Shown here one piece after another: positions 1 through 9,280 of a DNA stretch of 34,041 nucleotides. Under the pieces are notes generated by a model. The model ran no database searches and was not told the origin of the DNA. It worked only from the letters and a program-made list of their open reading frames with translations. How positions within the stretch are numbered: position 1 is the stretch's first letter; each line of letters begins with the position of its first letter. Position numbers and translations under genes: made by a program. The stretch comes from a bacterium (GTDB lineage: Bacteria > Zhuqueibacterota > Zhuqueibacteria > Oceanimicrobiales > Oceanimicrobiaceae). The DNA is taken from NCBI GenBank assembly GCA_037446635.1, contig JBBIIG010000023.1, forward strand, positions 782 to 34,822, written 5' to 3'.

Positions 1-158
1 TTCAGCAGGTGCGCACGGTGGAAATCGTTGGGCTCGATTTGCAGGCGGACGGCGGCACCCACGAGGCCAACACCCGCGAAGTGGGGCGCATCAAAATTGT
101 GGGACACGAAAGCAAAGGCAAGATCAACAAGCGCTTGCGGATTCAAATCGAGGATTAA
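1..158 (+). CDS. alaX: Alanyl-tRNA editing protein AlaX family, C-terminal fragment (runs off the left edge)
   Basis: The frame starting at nt 3 reads QQVRTVEIVGLDLQADGGTHEANTREVGRIKIVGHESKGKINKRLRIQIED*. DLQADGGTH and SKGKxNKR are typical of the AlaX/tRNA_SAD C-terminus. Not in the supplied ORF track. Confidence 0.85.
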   Translation, partial: QQVRTVEIVGLDLQADGGTHEANTREVGRIKIVGHESKGKINKRLRIQIED

Positions 159-348
159 CCTGAACCCCAGAATCCCGACCTCCCGAAGGCCGAGCCCTCG
201 GAATGATTTGGACTTTTGTGCCAGCAAGAGGCGAGGCGCTTCCACAGGCCAAATTGAATTTACTGAATGCCAGCGCCGAATATGCCAGGCTGTATTACTG
301 GTCGTCGTTTGTGTTGATTGGGAGATGAGCGCAAAGCCGAGTTTTGCG

Positions 349-843
349 TTACTGAATTTTGTGGCGCGATTGAAAGACGAAATGATCAATAATGCTCATC
401 ATGGCGATGATGAATACCGCCAGCGCCAGCAACCCGAAGTTCAAATGCAGACCGGCAAGATATTTGTTTATCGTCGAAATGAAGTGCCAGTCAAATGATA
501 AATAGGTGCGGAGCGTTGTAAAAAACGTCGCGGCTTTTTCAAGTCCCACCAGATAAAGCGTCGTCGCCACTCCCGCGATTATGCCAAAAAACGCCAGCCA
601 GATGGGAAGGGTGAACGCTGCCTCTTCGCCAGCTCTGAGTTTCGCCATCACCGTGTCTGCAAAGTCGAATCGCAAAGTCAGCTCCGGTTCGCGGCCCAGC
701 GCCGAGTACAGGTTTTGATATTGCTGCAATTGCGCCTGGCATCGCGCGCAGGTTTCGAGATGCATCGCCACACGATTCGAAGCACCACGTTTGTTATCGA
801 GGTAATTTTGAATTTCCTGATCGTTCAAGTGTTTTACGGCCAT
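349..843 (-). CDS. Zinc-binding (zf-HC2) membrane anti-sigma factor
   Basis: N-terminal HL...YLD...HLETCARC (HxxxCxxC) followed by two hydrophobic segments. Overlaps the stop of the ECF sigma gene. Confidence 0.85.
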   Translation of the reverse strand: MAVKHLNDQEIQNYLDNKRGASNRVAMHLETCARCQAQLQQYQNLYSALGREPELTLRFDFADTVMAKLRAGEEAAFTLPIWLAFFGIIAGVATTLYLVGLEKAATFFTTLRTYLSFDWHFISTINKYLAGLHLNFGLLALAVFIIAMMSIIDHFVFQSRHKIQ

Positions 844-1409
844 AATTCCTCCACTGGATATTTGGCGCTGAGTCTCTCCTTTAAAATCTTTCTCGCCCGA
901 AAGAGATAGCTTTTCACTGTGCCCGCCGGCATGTCCAAAATTTCGGAAATTTCTGAATAGCTCATTTCATCCAAATGGTACAAAGTTAAAATGGCGCGAT
1001 ACTGCGCGGGCAATGTTTCGATCTCCTTTTGCAATCGCGCCGTCAGGTCGGTTGCAAGGGCCGCCGAGTCTGCGGCGTCGTAAGAGCAAAAGCTTTTTTC
1101 CAGCGACTCGGATTTGCCAGCCAGATCGTCAAACAACAAGACTTTCTTTTTCTTCAAATAATTGAGGCAAGTGTTGTAAGCAATTTTCGCGATCCAGGTT
1201 GAAATTTTCGATTCAAAGTGGAAGCTCGATAAATTCTGATAGACTTTCACGAACACCTCCTGGCAGAGGTCCTCGCGGTCGGCCTCGTTGTTCACCATTC
1301 GGAAAACGATGTGGCTCACCAGCCGCTGGTAAGCCGCGATCAGATTGCGGAAGGCCTCGGCGTCGCCGGCGACAATTTTTTTCACCAGCTCTTCGGGTTC
1401 GGTCATCAT
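834..1409 (-). CDS. ECF RNA polymerase sigma-70 factor (SigW/RpoE-like)
   Basis: GDAEAF, DREDLCQEVFVKVY, STWIAKIAYN (region 2) and SYSEISEILDMPAGTVKSYLFRAR (region 4.2). Confidence 0.95.
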   Translation of the reverse strand: MMTEPEELVKKIVAGDAEAFRNLIAAYQRLVSHIVFRMVNNEADREDLCQEVFVKVYQNLSSFHFESKISTWIAKIAYNTCLNYLKKKKVLLFDDLAGKSESLEKSFCSYDAADSAALATDLTARLQKEIETLPAQYRAILTLYHLDEMSYSEISEILDMPAGTVKSYLFRARKILKERLSAKYPVEELWP

Positions 1410-1421
1410 ATTTTTTTAAAT

Positions 1422-1448
1422 GGACAAATTATCTGCTCAAAAGTTGCA
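1422..1448 (-). promoter_or_regulatory. Putative ECF promoter driving the sigma/anti-sigma operon
   Basis: The minus strand reads TGCAAC-N16-TGTCC just upstream of the sigma ATG. It mirrors the plus-strand copy. Confidence 0.65.
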
Positions 1449-1456
1449 AACGGCTC

Positions 1457-1483
1457 TGCAACAATTTTTGAACTCAACTGTCT
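1457..1483 (+). promoter_or_regulatory. Putative ECF promoter driving the small membrane protein gene
   Basis: TGCAAC-N16-TGTCT, with the same motif and spacing as the divergent copy. Confidence 0.65.
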
Positions 1484-1556
1484 CATCTGTCAGAACGGTT
1501 CAAAATAAGCCTATTAATGAAATTTGCAAAACAAAAATTAGCAAAGGAGAAATCGT

Positions 1557-1901
1557 ATGAGCGGCGAATGGGTTCCCGTCATTGTCGTGCCGGCCATTTT
1601 CTTTTCCGTGGTGGCGATGATTAAAGTTATTTCGGACAACATGGTGCGGCGCAAGCTGATTGAAAAAGGCCTGGTGAACGCCGATGTCAAATATCTGTTT
1701 GCCAGCAGCGCGAACGGTGCGCCGGGTTCGTTGAAATGGGGGATGGTGCTCATCGCAGTGGGCACGGCCATTTTAATTGGCCAGCTCGCGCCCTATTCCA
1801 TTTCGGAGGAAATCACCATCAGCGCGATGCTGATCATGGCGGGTCTGGCGCTGATTGTGTATTACTTCATCGCCAGCCGGTTCGCTAAAAAGTCGGAGTA
1901 G
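1557..1901 (+). CDS. Small 3-TM membrane protein, DUF6249-like
   Basis: RBS AAGGAG. TM - RRKLIEKG - SLKWGMVLIAVG - 2 TM pattern, typical of proteins divergent from ECF sigma genes in FCB bacteria. Confidence 0.75.
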   Translation: MSGEWVPVIVVPAIFFSVVAMIKVISDNMVRRKLIEKGLVNADVKYLFASSANGAPGSLKWGMVLIAVGTAILIGQLAPYSISEEITISAMLIMAGLALIVYYFIASRFAKKSE

Positions 1902-1958
1902 CGGAAACCTCGGGGCGCACTTTTGACGTGCGTCTCGCGTTTTAAATTCACGCTTCAG

Positions 1959-1997
1959 AGATGCCAGGCACTTTTAAAGTGCCTGGCATCTTTTTTT
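1959..1997 (+). terminator. 16-bp perfect inverted repeat followed by a T-run (intrinsic terminator or REP-like)
   Basis: AGATGCCAGGCACTTT-T-AAAGTGCCTGGCATCT followed by TTTTTT. Confidence 0.75.
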
Positions 1998-2024
1998 CTC
2001 CCACGCCAACCTATTTTAATCTGT

Positions 2025-2052
2025 TTGACAATGTGAAAAAGAATGTTATTTT
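2025..2052 (+). promoter_or_regulatory. Putative sigma-70 promoter
   Basis: TTGACA-N16-TATTTT with TGn before the -10, upstream of RBS GAGGAG and ATG 2087. Confidence 0.45.
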
Positions 2053-2086
2053 GTGTCGTATCATTTTTTATTGAGGAGATAACCTA

Positions 2087-3274
2087 ATGACATGGCTCCA
2101 GTTAATGGCAGCGCTGGCCAGCCTGCTGATGAGCGTGCTGCCGGTTTGTGCCCAGATTGACCCGGGCGACATTAAAATTTTCGGCTATTTTCAAACTTCC
2201 TTTCGGCACACGACGCAATTGGAGGCCGATCCGGAACAGAATTCCTTCAATTTGCAGCAACTCAATCTTTTCTTTCAACATGATTTTTCTCAAAACTGGA
2301 CCGCTTTCATCAACTTTGAATTTCTAAATAATTTTTCGTCGAGCCGCCAGTGGGGGTCGGCCAACCTGGAAGAGGCCTGGTTGAAATACCGGCGGGGCAA
2401 GGAATTCAATCTTAAGCTTGGTTTGCAAATTCCGGTTTTCAACAATCTGAATGAAATCAAAAATCGCACGCCGGTTTTGCCCTACATCATTCGGCCGCTG
2501 ATTTATGAAACCTCGTTTAACGAGTTCATTCCTATTGAGGAGTATTTGCCCACGCGCGCTTATATTCAGGCTTATGGGTTTTTGCCACTTTCAGCTGAGG
2601 CGAAGCTCGATTACGCGGTTTACTTAGGCAACAGTCCCAACATCTCGACTCCTCGACCGGATAGTTTGGGAAATTTTCAAACTGGGATCGATACCACCGA
2701 CACCTTCCTCATCGGCGGTCGCCTCGGTGTGCGGTACCGGGAATTAAAGGCGGGGGTGTCGGCTACCCTCGATCATGTCAATTTTTTCCAGGGTGCGGAA
2801 ACGGTTGTGGGCGGCTCCCCATCCCGGTTTAATGAGATTCGACGGTTGCGGATCGGCGGTGATTTTTCCTACAACCTGGGGCCGGTTGCGTTCGAAAGCG
2901 AAATCATTGTCGTATCCTATGACGACGACATTGCAGAAGTCAGCCTCGACAAACAGTTTTATTATGCGACTCTCGGTTATCATTTAAGCGACCGGCTTTT
3001 TGCCTACGGGAGTTATTGGAATACCAGCGAAGATCTGACCGGCGTTTTTAGGGAGGCGGAGACGGGGGAGCCGGGTCTGTTCAATGGAGATGCCAACGTT
3101 GAAGTTTTGACCTTTGGGTTTTCCTATAACTTCAGCGACCGAATCACCTTCAAGGGACAGTTTGCACGGGTCTGGATCGACTTCAAAGTTTTCGAGGTGG
3201 GGATCGCTAATATCAGCAATGCTTTGAAAGACACAGCCAACAACTATGCTGCCGGGGTTTCAGTTTTTTTCTAA
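2087..3274 (+). CDS. Outer-membrane beta-barrel (porin-like) protein
   Basis: Signal peptide ending VCA-Q, amphipathic beta-strand pattern rich in aromatic residues, C-terminal Phe (GVSVFF). Confidence 0.8.
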   Translation: MTWLQLMAALASLLMSVLPVCAQIDPGDIKIFGYFQTSFRHTTQLEADPEQNSFNLQQLNLFFQHDFSQNWTAFINFEFLNNFSSSRQWGSANLEEAWLKYRRGKEFNLKLGLQIPVFNNLNEIKNRTPVLPYIIRPLIYETSFNEFIPIEEYLPTRAYIQAYGFLPLSAEAKLDYAVYLGNSPNISTPRPDSLGNFQTGIDTTDTFLIGGRLGVRYRELKAGVSATLDHVNFFQGAETVVGGSPSRFNEIRRLRIGGDFSYNLGPVAFESEIIVVSYDDDIAEVSLDKQFYYATLGYHLSDRLFAYGSYWNTSEDLTGVFREAETGEPGLFNGDANVEVLTFGFSYNFSDRITFKGQFARVWIDFKVFEVGIANISNALKDTANNYAAGVSVFF

Positions 3275-3732
3275 TGTTGAGAATCATGCTTAGTAACGTG
3301 ATGGTGGTTTTGGGATCCCTGGTATTCTGGGCGGCGAGTGCGCATGCCCAAGTGGCGATCATTGCTCACAAGTCGGTGCCGGCTGACGAGATCAAAAAAA
3401 CCGAGCTGCTGGATTTTTACACCGGCGATATCAAAAAGTGGGGGAATCAAACGCCGGTGGTGGTATTCGATCTGAAATCTAAATCAGAAGTGAAGGAAGT
3501 GTTTTATAATTTTTTAGGCAGAAGCCCGTCGCGGATGAAATCCATTTGGCTGAAGAAGATGCTTTCCGGCGAAGGCGAGCCGCCGCAAGCGCTGGAATCC
3601 GAAGAGGAGATGGTGAAAAAAGTTGCGGAAACCGCCGGCGCCATTGGGTTTGTGAGCAAAGCCAAATTAAATGACGAGGTCAAAACGTTGTTCATCATCG
3701 AGAATGATGCTGATAAAAAAGCGAAACCGTAG
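3274..3732 (+). CDS. Small periplasmic protein, phosphate-ABC substrate-binding (PBP2)-like
   Basis: Signal peptide AHA-Q; VAIIAHKS...FYTG...W and VAETAGAIGFV motifs. Translationally coupled to the porin gene (TAATG). Confidence 0.75.
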   Translation: MLRIMLSNVMVVLGSLVFWAASAHAQVAIIAHKSVPADEIKKTELLDFYTGDIKKWGNQTPVVVFDLKSKSEVKEVFYNFLGRSPSRMKSIWLKKMLSGEGEPPQALESEEEMVKKVAETAGAIGFVSKAKLNDEVKTLFIIENDADKKAKP

Positions 3733-3781
3733 TGTTAGTTCCTAACCCTGTCAGGGATTCCTGAATAGCAGTTTAACGACC

Positions 3782-5431
3782 ATGATCCATTTTCGCGATT
3801 TTAAATTAGCGACCAAGCAGCGCATCGGCGCCGGTTTTATTTTGATGATCATGGCCGCGGTCAACGTTTATTCCATCAACCGGCTGGCCACGTTGAAGCG
3901 CGACATCGACGTGGTAACCACCAACCGCCTGCCGCGCGCCATCGCCATTTCTGAAATCAACCTCAACACTTCCGAGCTGCGGCGCAATCAACTGCAGTTT
4001 ATTTTTGTGGGAGAGGGTGCGGCCAAAGAGGAGCAGATTCAGGCAATGATCGCTCTCATTGATAGCATCAATGCCAGCATCGATGCTTACCAACAACTGA
4101 GAGGCGAGTCGCAGGGGCAAAATCATCACGCGGATGAAGAAGGCCAACTTTACGCCGAGTTCGATCAGAAGTGGGAGCGCTATCTTGATTTGTCGTTTGA
4201 ATTCTTGCGCCTCTCCCAAGGCGATGATAAATTAGTTGCCTTTCAACTCCTCGACGGCGAATTGCGCGCCGTGTATAACGACCTCAGCGCCGTGCTCATG
4301 GCGCTGGGGCGCGTGAATAAAGAGAGCGCCTTTGCGGCGGCAGCGCGCGCGGACGTGACCTTTCGGCGCACGCGGTTTTTTACGTACAGCCTGCTTTTGG
4401 CGACGGTGCTGTTTACCATTTTCCTTGGCTCCTGGTTGGTGCGGCTGATCACGGTTCCCGTGCAGCAACTGGAGCGGGCCGCCAGTAAGGTAGCCGAAGG
4501 CGACCTGAATGTACAGTTGAATATTTTGAGCAAAGATGAAATCGGTAGTCTCGCGTCATCCTTCAATCAGATGACAAGAGCATTGCGCGAAGCGAAGGAA
4601 AAGACCGAGCGCCAGGCAGAAAAATTGTGGGCGCAAAACCAGCATCTTGCCAAAACCATGAATGAGCTCAAAGCCACCCAGGAACAGCTTTTGATGAAAG
4701 AGAAAATGGCGGCGCTGGGTGATCTGGTGGCGGGCATCACCCATGAAATCAACAACCCCATTGGCGCCGCTAACGCCGCCGCGGACGTGGCGCGGCGCTG
4801 CATTCAAAAAATCGAAAAAATTTTCAGAAGCGCGAAATCGGTCGCCGAAATCAAAAACAGTCCGGAGATTAAAAAATCACTAAAAATTCTAAAAGAAAAT
4901 TTGGGAGTAACCGCCGCGGCCGGCGAGCGCGTGGCCACGCTGGGCAAAAGCTTACGAATATTTGCCCATCTCGACGAGGCCGAATACCAACGGGCGGACA
5001 TTCACGAGGGCATCGATAGCACCCTGACGTTGATGGAATCGGAGCTGCGGGATCGGATTGCGATTAAAAAGGATTACGGCCCCATCCCGCCGATTGCCTG
5101 CTACCCCGGGCAGCTCAATCAAGTGTTCATGAATTTATTGAAGAACGCCTCCCACGCCATCGAAGGCCGCGGCGCTATCGCTATCCGCACTTTCCGGCAA
5201 AACCATCATGTGCACGTTGAAATTTCCGACAACGGTCGAGGTATTCCTCCGGAAAAACTCGGTAAGATTTTTGACTTTGGTTTCTCGGCCGATCACCCGC
5301 GCGTGAAAATGACTTCGGGGCTATCCACCGCTTACAACATCGTGCAAAGGCATAACGGTGAAATTAAAGTGAAAAGCGAGGTGGGCAAAGGCACGACCTT
5401 TTCGGTAATCTTGCCCATCAAAGACACATGA
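3782..5431 (+). CDS. Sensor histidine kinase (periplasmic four-helix-bundle sensor, HAMP, HisKA, HATPase)
   Basis: Two TMs around an MCP-type helical domain; HAMP (PVQQL...GDL...DEIGSLASSFNQM); H-box AGITHEINNP; N-box QVFMNLLKNA; G1 DNGRGI. Confidence 0.92.
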   Translation: MIHFRDFKLATKQRIGAGFILMIMAAVNVYSINRLATLKRDIDVVTTNRLPRAIAISEINLNTSELRRNQLQFIFVGEGAAKEEQIQAMIALIDSINASIDAYQQLRGESQGQNHHADEEGQLYAEFDQKWERYLDLSFEFLRLSQGDDKLVAFQLLDGELRAVYNDLSAVLMALGRVNKESAFAAAARADVTFRRTRFFTYSLLLATVLFTIFLGSWLVRLITVPVQQLERAASKVAEGDLNVQLNILSKDEIGSLASSFNQMTRALREAKEKTERQAEKLWAQNQHLAKTMNELKATQEQLLMKEKMAALGDLVAGITHEINNPIGAANAAADVARRCIQKIEKIFRSAKSVAEIKNSPEIKKSLKILKENLGVTAAAGERVATLGKSLRIFAHLDEAEYQRADIHEGIDSTLTLMESELRDRIAIKKDYGPIPPIACYPGQLNQVFMNLLKNASHAIEGRGAIAIRTFRQNHHVHVEISDNGRGIPPEKLGKIFDFGFSADHPRVKMTSGLSTAYNIVQRHNGEIKVKSEVGKGTTFSVILPIKDT

Positions 5432-5460
5432 CGGCCAAATTTTTCCAAAAAAGCACACAA

Positions 5461-5478
5461 GCGTCATGGTGTTGTAAC
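5461..5478 (+). promoter_or_regulatory. Possible Pho-box-like direct repeat upstream of sixA-ppx
   Basis: GCGTCAT-ggtg-TTGTAAC with 11-bp periodicity, resembling CTGTCAT-N4-CTGT(C/A)A(C/T). Downstream genes are phosphate-related. Confidence 0.3.
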
Positions 5479-5634
5479 ATCGGATGAGTACTAAGAGTAA
5501 TAAAATTTCTTAATTCTTAGATCCAAAATTGGGCACCGAGAACCAGAATAAATCGTAACTGCTAATCGGTGCCATTCAGTGTGCTTCGGTGTTTTATTTA
5601 ATTTGAATTAAAACTATTCTGCACGGAGGGAGAG

Positions 5635-6366
5635 GTGAAGCAACTTTATTTAATACGACATGCCCGCGCCGCTGAGTCCGCGGGAGGGGGAGATAGTAAA
5701 CGTTCGTTGCTTAAAAGCGGCCGCAGCGACGCCAAAGCGGTGGCGAAAAAGCTTAAAAAATTAGCCGAGCCGCCGCAGCTCATTCTTACCAGCTCCGCCA
5801 AGCGCGCGGTTCAAACCGCGGAGATTTTCGCAAAAACGCTGGCGGTCAAATCGAAAAAAATTCAGAAGCGTGCGGAGATTTACGACGCCGGCCGTGACGG
5901 CATTTTGACGCTGCTGCGGGGATTGGACTCGAACCTCGCGGCTGCGATGGTCATTGGGCACGTTCCCGCTCTGAACGATCTCGCCCAGCTTTTGCTCAAG
6001 GATTTTAAAGGTGACATTCCCACCTCCGGCGTCGTCGCAATCGACTTGAACATCGAAAATTGGAGTGAGTTAGGCGAAGGCGTGGGCAGCCTTTTGTTTT
6101 CGGAGTCTCCGCAACAGCGGGCAAAAAAGTCCAGCGCCTCCAAAGCCATTCGCCAGAAGCTGCAGGCCGCCATCACAGCGGCCGTGGCCAAAGAGTTGAA
6201 CAAAGTGGATCGAAACGCCGCTGGTAAAATGGCGACTGCGGTTGAAAAAGCAGGCGCCAAAATCTCCCAAAAATTTTCTAAACTGATCAAGAAAGCTCAA
6301 AGCGAGGCGGCAAAGAGCGAGAAGAAAAAATCCGCAAAAAAGCAGGCCACTCAAAAATCTGAATGA
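5635..6366 (+). CDS. sixA: SixA-type phosphohistidine phosphatase with a Lys/Ala-rich C-terminal extension
   Basis: LIRHA catalytic motif, SSAKRAVQTA, IGHVP. GTG start after GGAGG. Confidence 0.85.
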   Translation: MKQLYLIRHARAAESAGGGDSKRSLLKSGRSDAKAVAKKLKKLAEPPQLILTSSAKRAVQTAEIFAKTLAVKSKKIQKRAEIYDAGRDGILTLLRGLDSNLAAAMVIGHVPALNDLAQLLLKDFKGDIPTSGVVAIDLNIENWSELGEGVGSLLFSESPQQRAKKSSASKAIRQKLQAAITAAVAKELNKVDRNAAGKMATAVEKAGAKISQKFSKLIKKAQSEAAKSEKKKSAKKQATQKSE

Positions 6367-6398
6367 TGAAATCCACCAATTGAAAGGGAACGCACGCA

Positions 6399-7301
6399 AT
6401 GAAATTCGCAGCTATTGATATCGGCTCGAACGCGGTTCGGCTTTTGTTTATCCAGGTTTTTGAAAACGGCGACGGCGCCTATTTCAAAAAGGACGCCCTG
6501 TTCCGCGTGCCCATTCGTTTGGGCGAGGATGTGTTTGTCGAACAGAAAATTTCAGCGGAAAAAGCTCATAGCCTGGTGGAAGCGATGATCGCGTTTCGCC
6601 ATTTGATTGAAGCGTACCAACCCATCGATTTCATGGCGTGCGCCACCTCTGCCATGCGCGAGGCCCAGAACGGGTCGCAAGTGGTCGCGGAGATCAAAAA
6701 GCAAGCCGATATCGATATCGAAATTATCAGCGGGCAGCGGGAGGCGGATTTAATTTATTTGAATCACATCGCCGAAAATCTCAATCCAAAGAAGTCCTAT
6801 CTTTATATTGACGTCGGTGGCGGCAGCACGGAGGTGACGCTGTTCGCGAAAGGCGGAATTGTTGGCTCGCATTCGTTCAATCTCGGTACGGTGCGTATCT
6901 TGAAAAATCTCGATACTTCTGAGGAGTGGGACAAACTGAAAACGTGGTTGAAAGAGCAATCGCAAACATACCGGCAAATTGTGGCGATTGGCTCGGGCGG
7001 CAACATCAACAAGATTTTCAGCCTGTCGCGAAAAAAAGAAGGCAAGCCGCTTTCGTACCGCAAAATGAAAAATATTTATGAGCTGCTGAATTCCTATTCG
7101 TATGAAGATCGCATCAAATTTATGCGCCTGCGCCCCGACCGCGCCGACGTCATCATCCCGGCGTCAAAAATTTTTCTTTCCATTATGAAGTGGGGAAACA
7201 TCAAGAAAATTTATGTACCGCAAATTGGTTTAGCCGACGGGATCGTTCACATGTTGTATGAAAAGCACCGGCGCAGTCAGATGCGCCGGTTGGAAAAATA
7301 G
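6399..7301 (+). CDS. ppx: Exopolyphosphatase Ppx/GppA, short form
   Basis: AAIDIGSNAVRL, ATSAMREA, IDVGGGSTE, GSGGN and DRADVI motifs. Confidence 0.93.
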   Translation: MKFAAIDIGSNAVRLLFIQVFENGDGAYFKKDALFRVPIRLGEDVFVEQKISAEKAHSLVEAMIAFRHLIEAYQPIDFMACATSAMREAQNGSQVVAEIKKQADIDIEIISGQREADLIYLNHIAENLNPKKSYLYIDVGGGSTEVTLFAKGGIVGSHSFNLGTVRILKNLDTSEEWDKLKTWLKEQSQTYRQIVAIGSGGNINKIFSLSRKKEGKPLSYRKMKNIYELLNSYSYEDRIKFMRLRPDRADVIIPASKIFLSIMKWGNIKKIYVPQIGLADGIVHMLYEKHRRSQMRRLEK

Positions 7302-7387
7302 CAGCCTGCCAAATTACCAATTCCTCGTGCTCTTTGGATGTTCGGCGTTGTGAATTTGGTTTTACCCGATGCTGAGCGTCTTCGGTT

Positions 7388-7415
7388 TCGCTCCCACGCT
7401 GGCGCGTAGGAGCGA
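7388..7415. repeat. REP-like palindrome
   Basis: TCGCTCCCACGC-TGGC-GCGTAGGAGCGA, an imperfect intergenic hairpin. Confidence 0.5.
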
Positions 7416-7585
7416 GGGCAGGGTATCTTCTCAAAATTAGGAATCGATTATCAGTTTTGAGAAAGCCTAACGCCGTTCTCTTCGTTTTTAATCCTCTCAA
7501 TGTCCAATTTAAGATTTTTAAAATCAGAGAATTTGCAGAGGTAAATCAGTTTGGTTAATTTAATGGCAAAGAATTTGTTAAGCCC

Positions 7586-7609
7586 TCATTTCGATATTTG
7601 ACGAAATGA
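7586..7609 (+). promoter_or_regulatory. Putative ArsR operator
   Basis: Perfect 8-8-8 inverted repeat TCATTTCG-atatttga-CGAAATGA ending 4 nt before the arsR ATG. Confidence 0.6.
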
Positions 7610-7613
7610 CCAA

Positions 7614-7982
7614 ATGAAAGAGTTAATTAAAATTTTTAAGGCGCTGTCCGACCCCAACCGTCTGCGCGTTGTGAAAATGCTCGAGCGCCGGTCGCTGTGC
7701 CTGTGTGAGATCGCCGTGGTTTTAAACTTAGCCGCTTCGACGGTTTCTAAACATCTCTCGATTTTGCGGGAGGCTGATTTGATCCGCGATCACAAAGACG
7801 GCAAGTGGGTGAATTTCCATTTAAACAAAGAGACGTCGGCGCGGTACGCGCGAGAGTTGCTGGGATTTTTGGAAAAGAATTTCCCCGACGATGACATCAT
7901 TCGCCGCGACGCCCAGCACGTGCAGAGGGTGGACCGAGTCGCGATTTGCAAAAATGGGAAGCATTACCATGAACTGGCGTGA
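7614..7982 (+). CDS. arsR: ArsR/SmtB-family repressor
   Basis: FKALSDPNRLR, LCLCEI (alpha3 CxC site), STVSKHLSILREA, GKWV. Heads the ars cluster. Confidence 0.93.
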   Translation: MKELIKIFKALSDPNRLRVVKMLERRSLCLCEIAVVLNLAASTVSKHLSILREADLIRDHKDGKWVNFHLNKETSARYARELLGFLEKNFPDDDIIRRDAQHVQRVDRVAICKNGKHYHELA

Positions 7983-9270
7983 ACAGTATAAAAGTCTTTT
8001 TTGGATAATAGCGATCTTTCTTTTTGCTTATTATCTGCCCATCGGCGATGCCCGGTTTAACACGGCCATCTTGCAAGCCTTCGCATTGGTGAAGTGGTAC
8101 GCCCGCGAGCACGTCCTATTGTGTCTCGTGCCGGCGTTTTTTATTGCCGGCGTGATTTCGGTGTTTGTGAGCCAGGCGGCGGTCATCCAATATTTTGGCG
8201 CAGCGGCGAAAAAGTGGCTGGCCTACGCTGTGGCCTCGGTTTCGGGAACGATTCTGGCGGTATGTTCCTGCACCGTGCTGCCGTTGTTTTCCGGTATTCA
8301 CAAACGCGGCGCGGGACTCGGTCCGGCGATTGCGTTTCTTTATTCCGGACCAGCCATCAACATTTTGGCAATTATTTTGACGGCGCGAATTTTGGGACTG
8401 GAATTAGGGATCGCGCGGGTAGTAGGCGCGGTGCTGTTCAGCGTGCTGATTGGTCTGGCGATGCATCTCATCTATCGCAAAGAGAAATCGCAAAAAGCGG
8501 AGGCGCAACTGGCGATGCCGCAACCGGAGGAGACGCGCCCACTGTGGCAGACGGCGTTTCACTTTTTCGTGCTGGTGGCCATTCTGGTCTTTGCCAACTG
8601 GGGCCAGCCGCAGAGTGGTAACGGCGCCTGGAGCTTCATGTACGCCCACAAGTGGCAGGTAACGGCCATGCTCGGTATTCTGTTTGGCGTCTCGCTAATT
8701 AAGATTCTGAAGCTTGAGGCCTGGCATGTTGTCCTGGGCGCGATTCCGGTAATCCTCCTTGCACTCTTGTTTCCGGAAAATCCGCTGCTTTCCTTTTCCG
8801 CAGCTGTGATCGTTCTGAGTGTGCTGATTTCCATCACCCCCGGCGAGCCGCAGGATTGGATGGCCTCCACCTGGGGCTTTGCGAAACAGATTTTGCCGCT
8901 GCTGGCGGCCGGGGTTTTGGCCGCAGGTTTTTTGCTGGGCACGCCAGAGGGCGGCGTCGGCTTGATTCCCAATAAATGGATTGTCCGAATGGTGGGCGGC
9001 AACTCGCTGTTCGCCAATTTGTTTGCATCGGTGGCCGGCGCGTTCATGTATTTTGCCACGCTCACCGAAGTGCCGATTTTGCAGGGGTTGATCAACAGCG
9101 GCATGGGCAAAGGCCCGGCCCTGGCGCTGCTGCTGGCCGGCCCGGCGCTCTCACTGCCCAACATGCTGGTCATCCGCAGCGTGATTGGAACAGAGAAGAC
9201 GGTGGTCTATGTTTCGTTAGTGATTGTGATGGCCACCATCAGCGGATTGATTTTTGGGGCGATGTTCTAA
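7969..9270 (+). CDS. ArsP/DUF318-family permease
   Basis: VCSCTVLP, AFLYSGPAIN, YFATLTEVP and GPALSLP motifs; many TMs. Probable start is ATG 7969, overlapping the end of arsR. Confidence 0.9.
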   Translation: MNWREQYKSLFWIIAIFLFAYYLPIGDARFNTAILQAFALVKWYAREHVLLCLVPAFFIAGVISVFVSQAAVIQYFGAAAKKWLAYAVASVSGTILAVCSCTVLPLFSGIHKRGAGLGPAIAFLYSGPAINILAIILTARILGLELGIARVVGAVLFSVLIGLAMHLIYRKEKSQKAEAQLAMPQPEETRPLWQTAFHFFVLVAILVFANWGQPQSGNGAWSFMYAHKWQVTAMLGILFGVSLIKILKLEAWHVVLGAIPVILLALLFPENPLLSFSAAVIVLSVLISITPGEPQDWMASTWGFAKQILPLLAAGVLAAGFLLGTPEGGVGLIPNKWIVRMVGGNSLFANLFASVAGAFMYFATLTEVPILQGLINSGMGKGPALALLLAGPALSLPNMLVIRSVIGTEKTVVYVSLVIVMATISGLIFGAMF

Positions 9271-9280
9271 TTCTTGCGGA

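Noticed and set aside
28..498. 156-aa plus-strand ORF
   Set aside because: It overlaps the real alaX 3' end in another frame and the anti-sigma gene on the opposite strand, and has no recognisable motifs.
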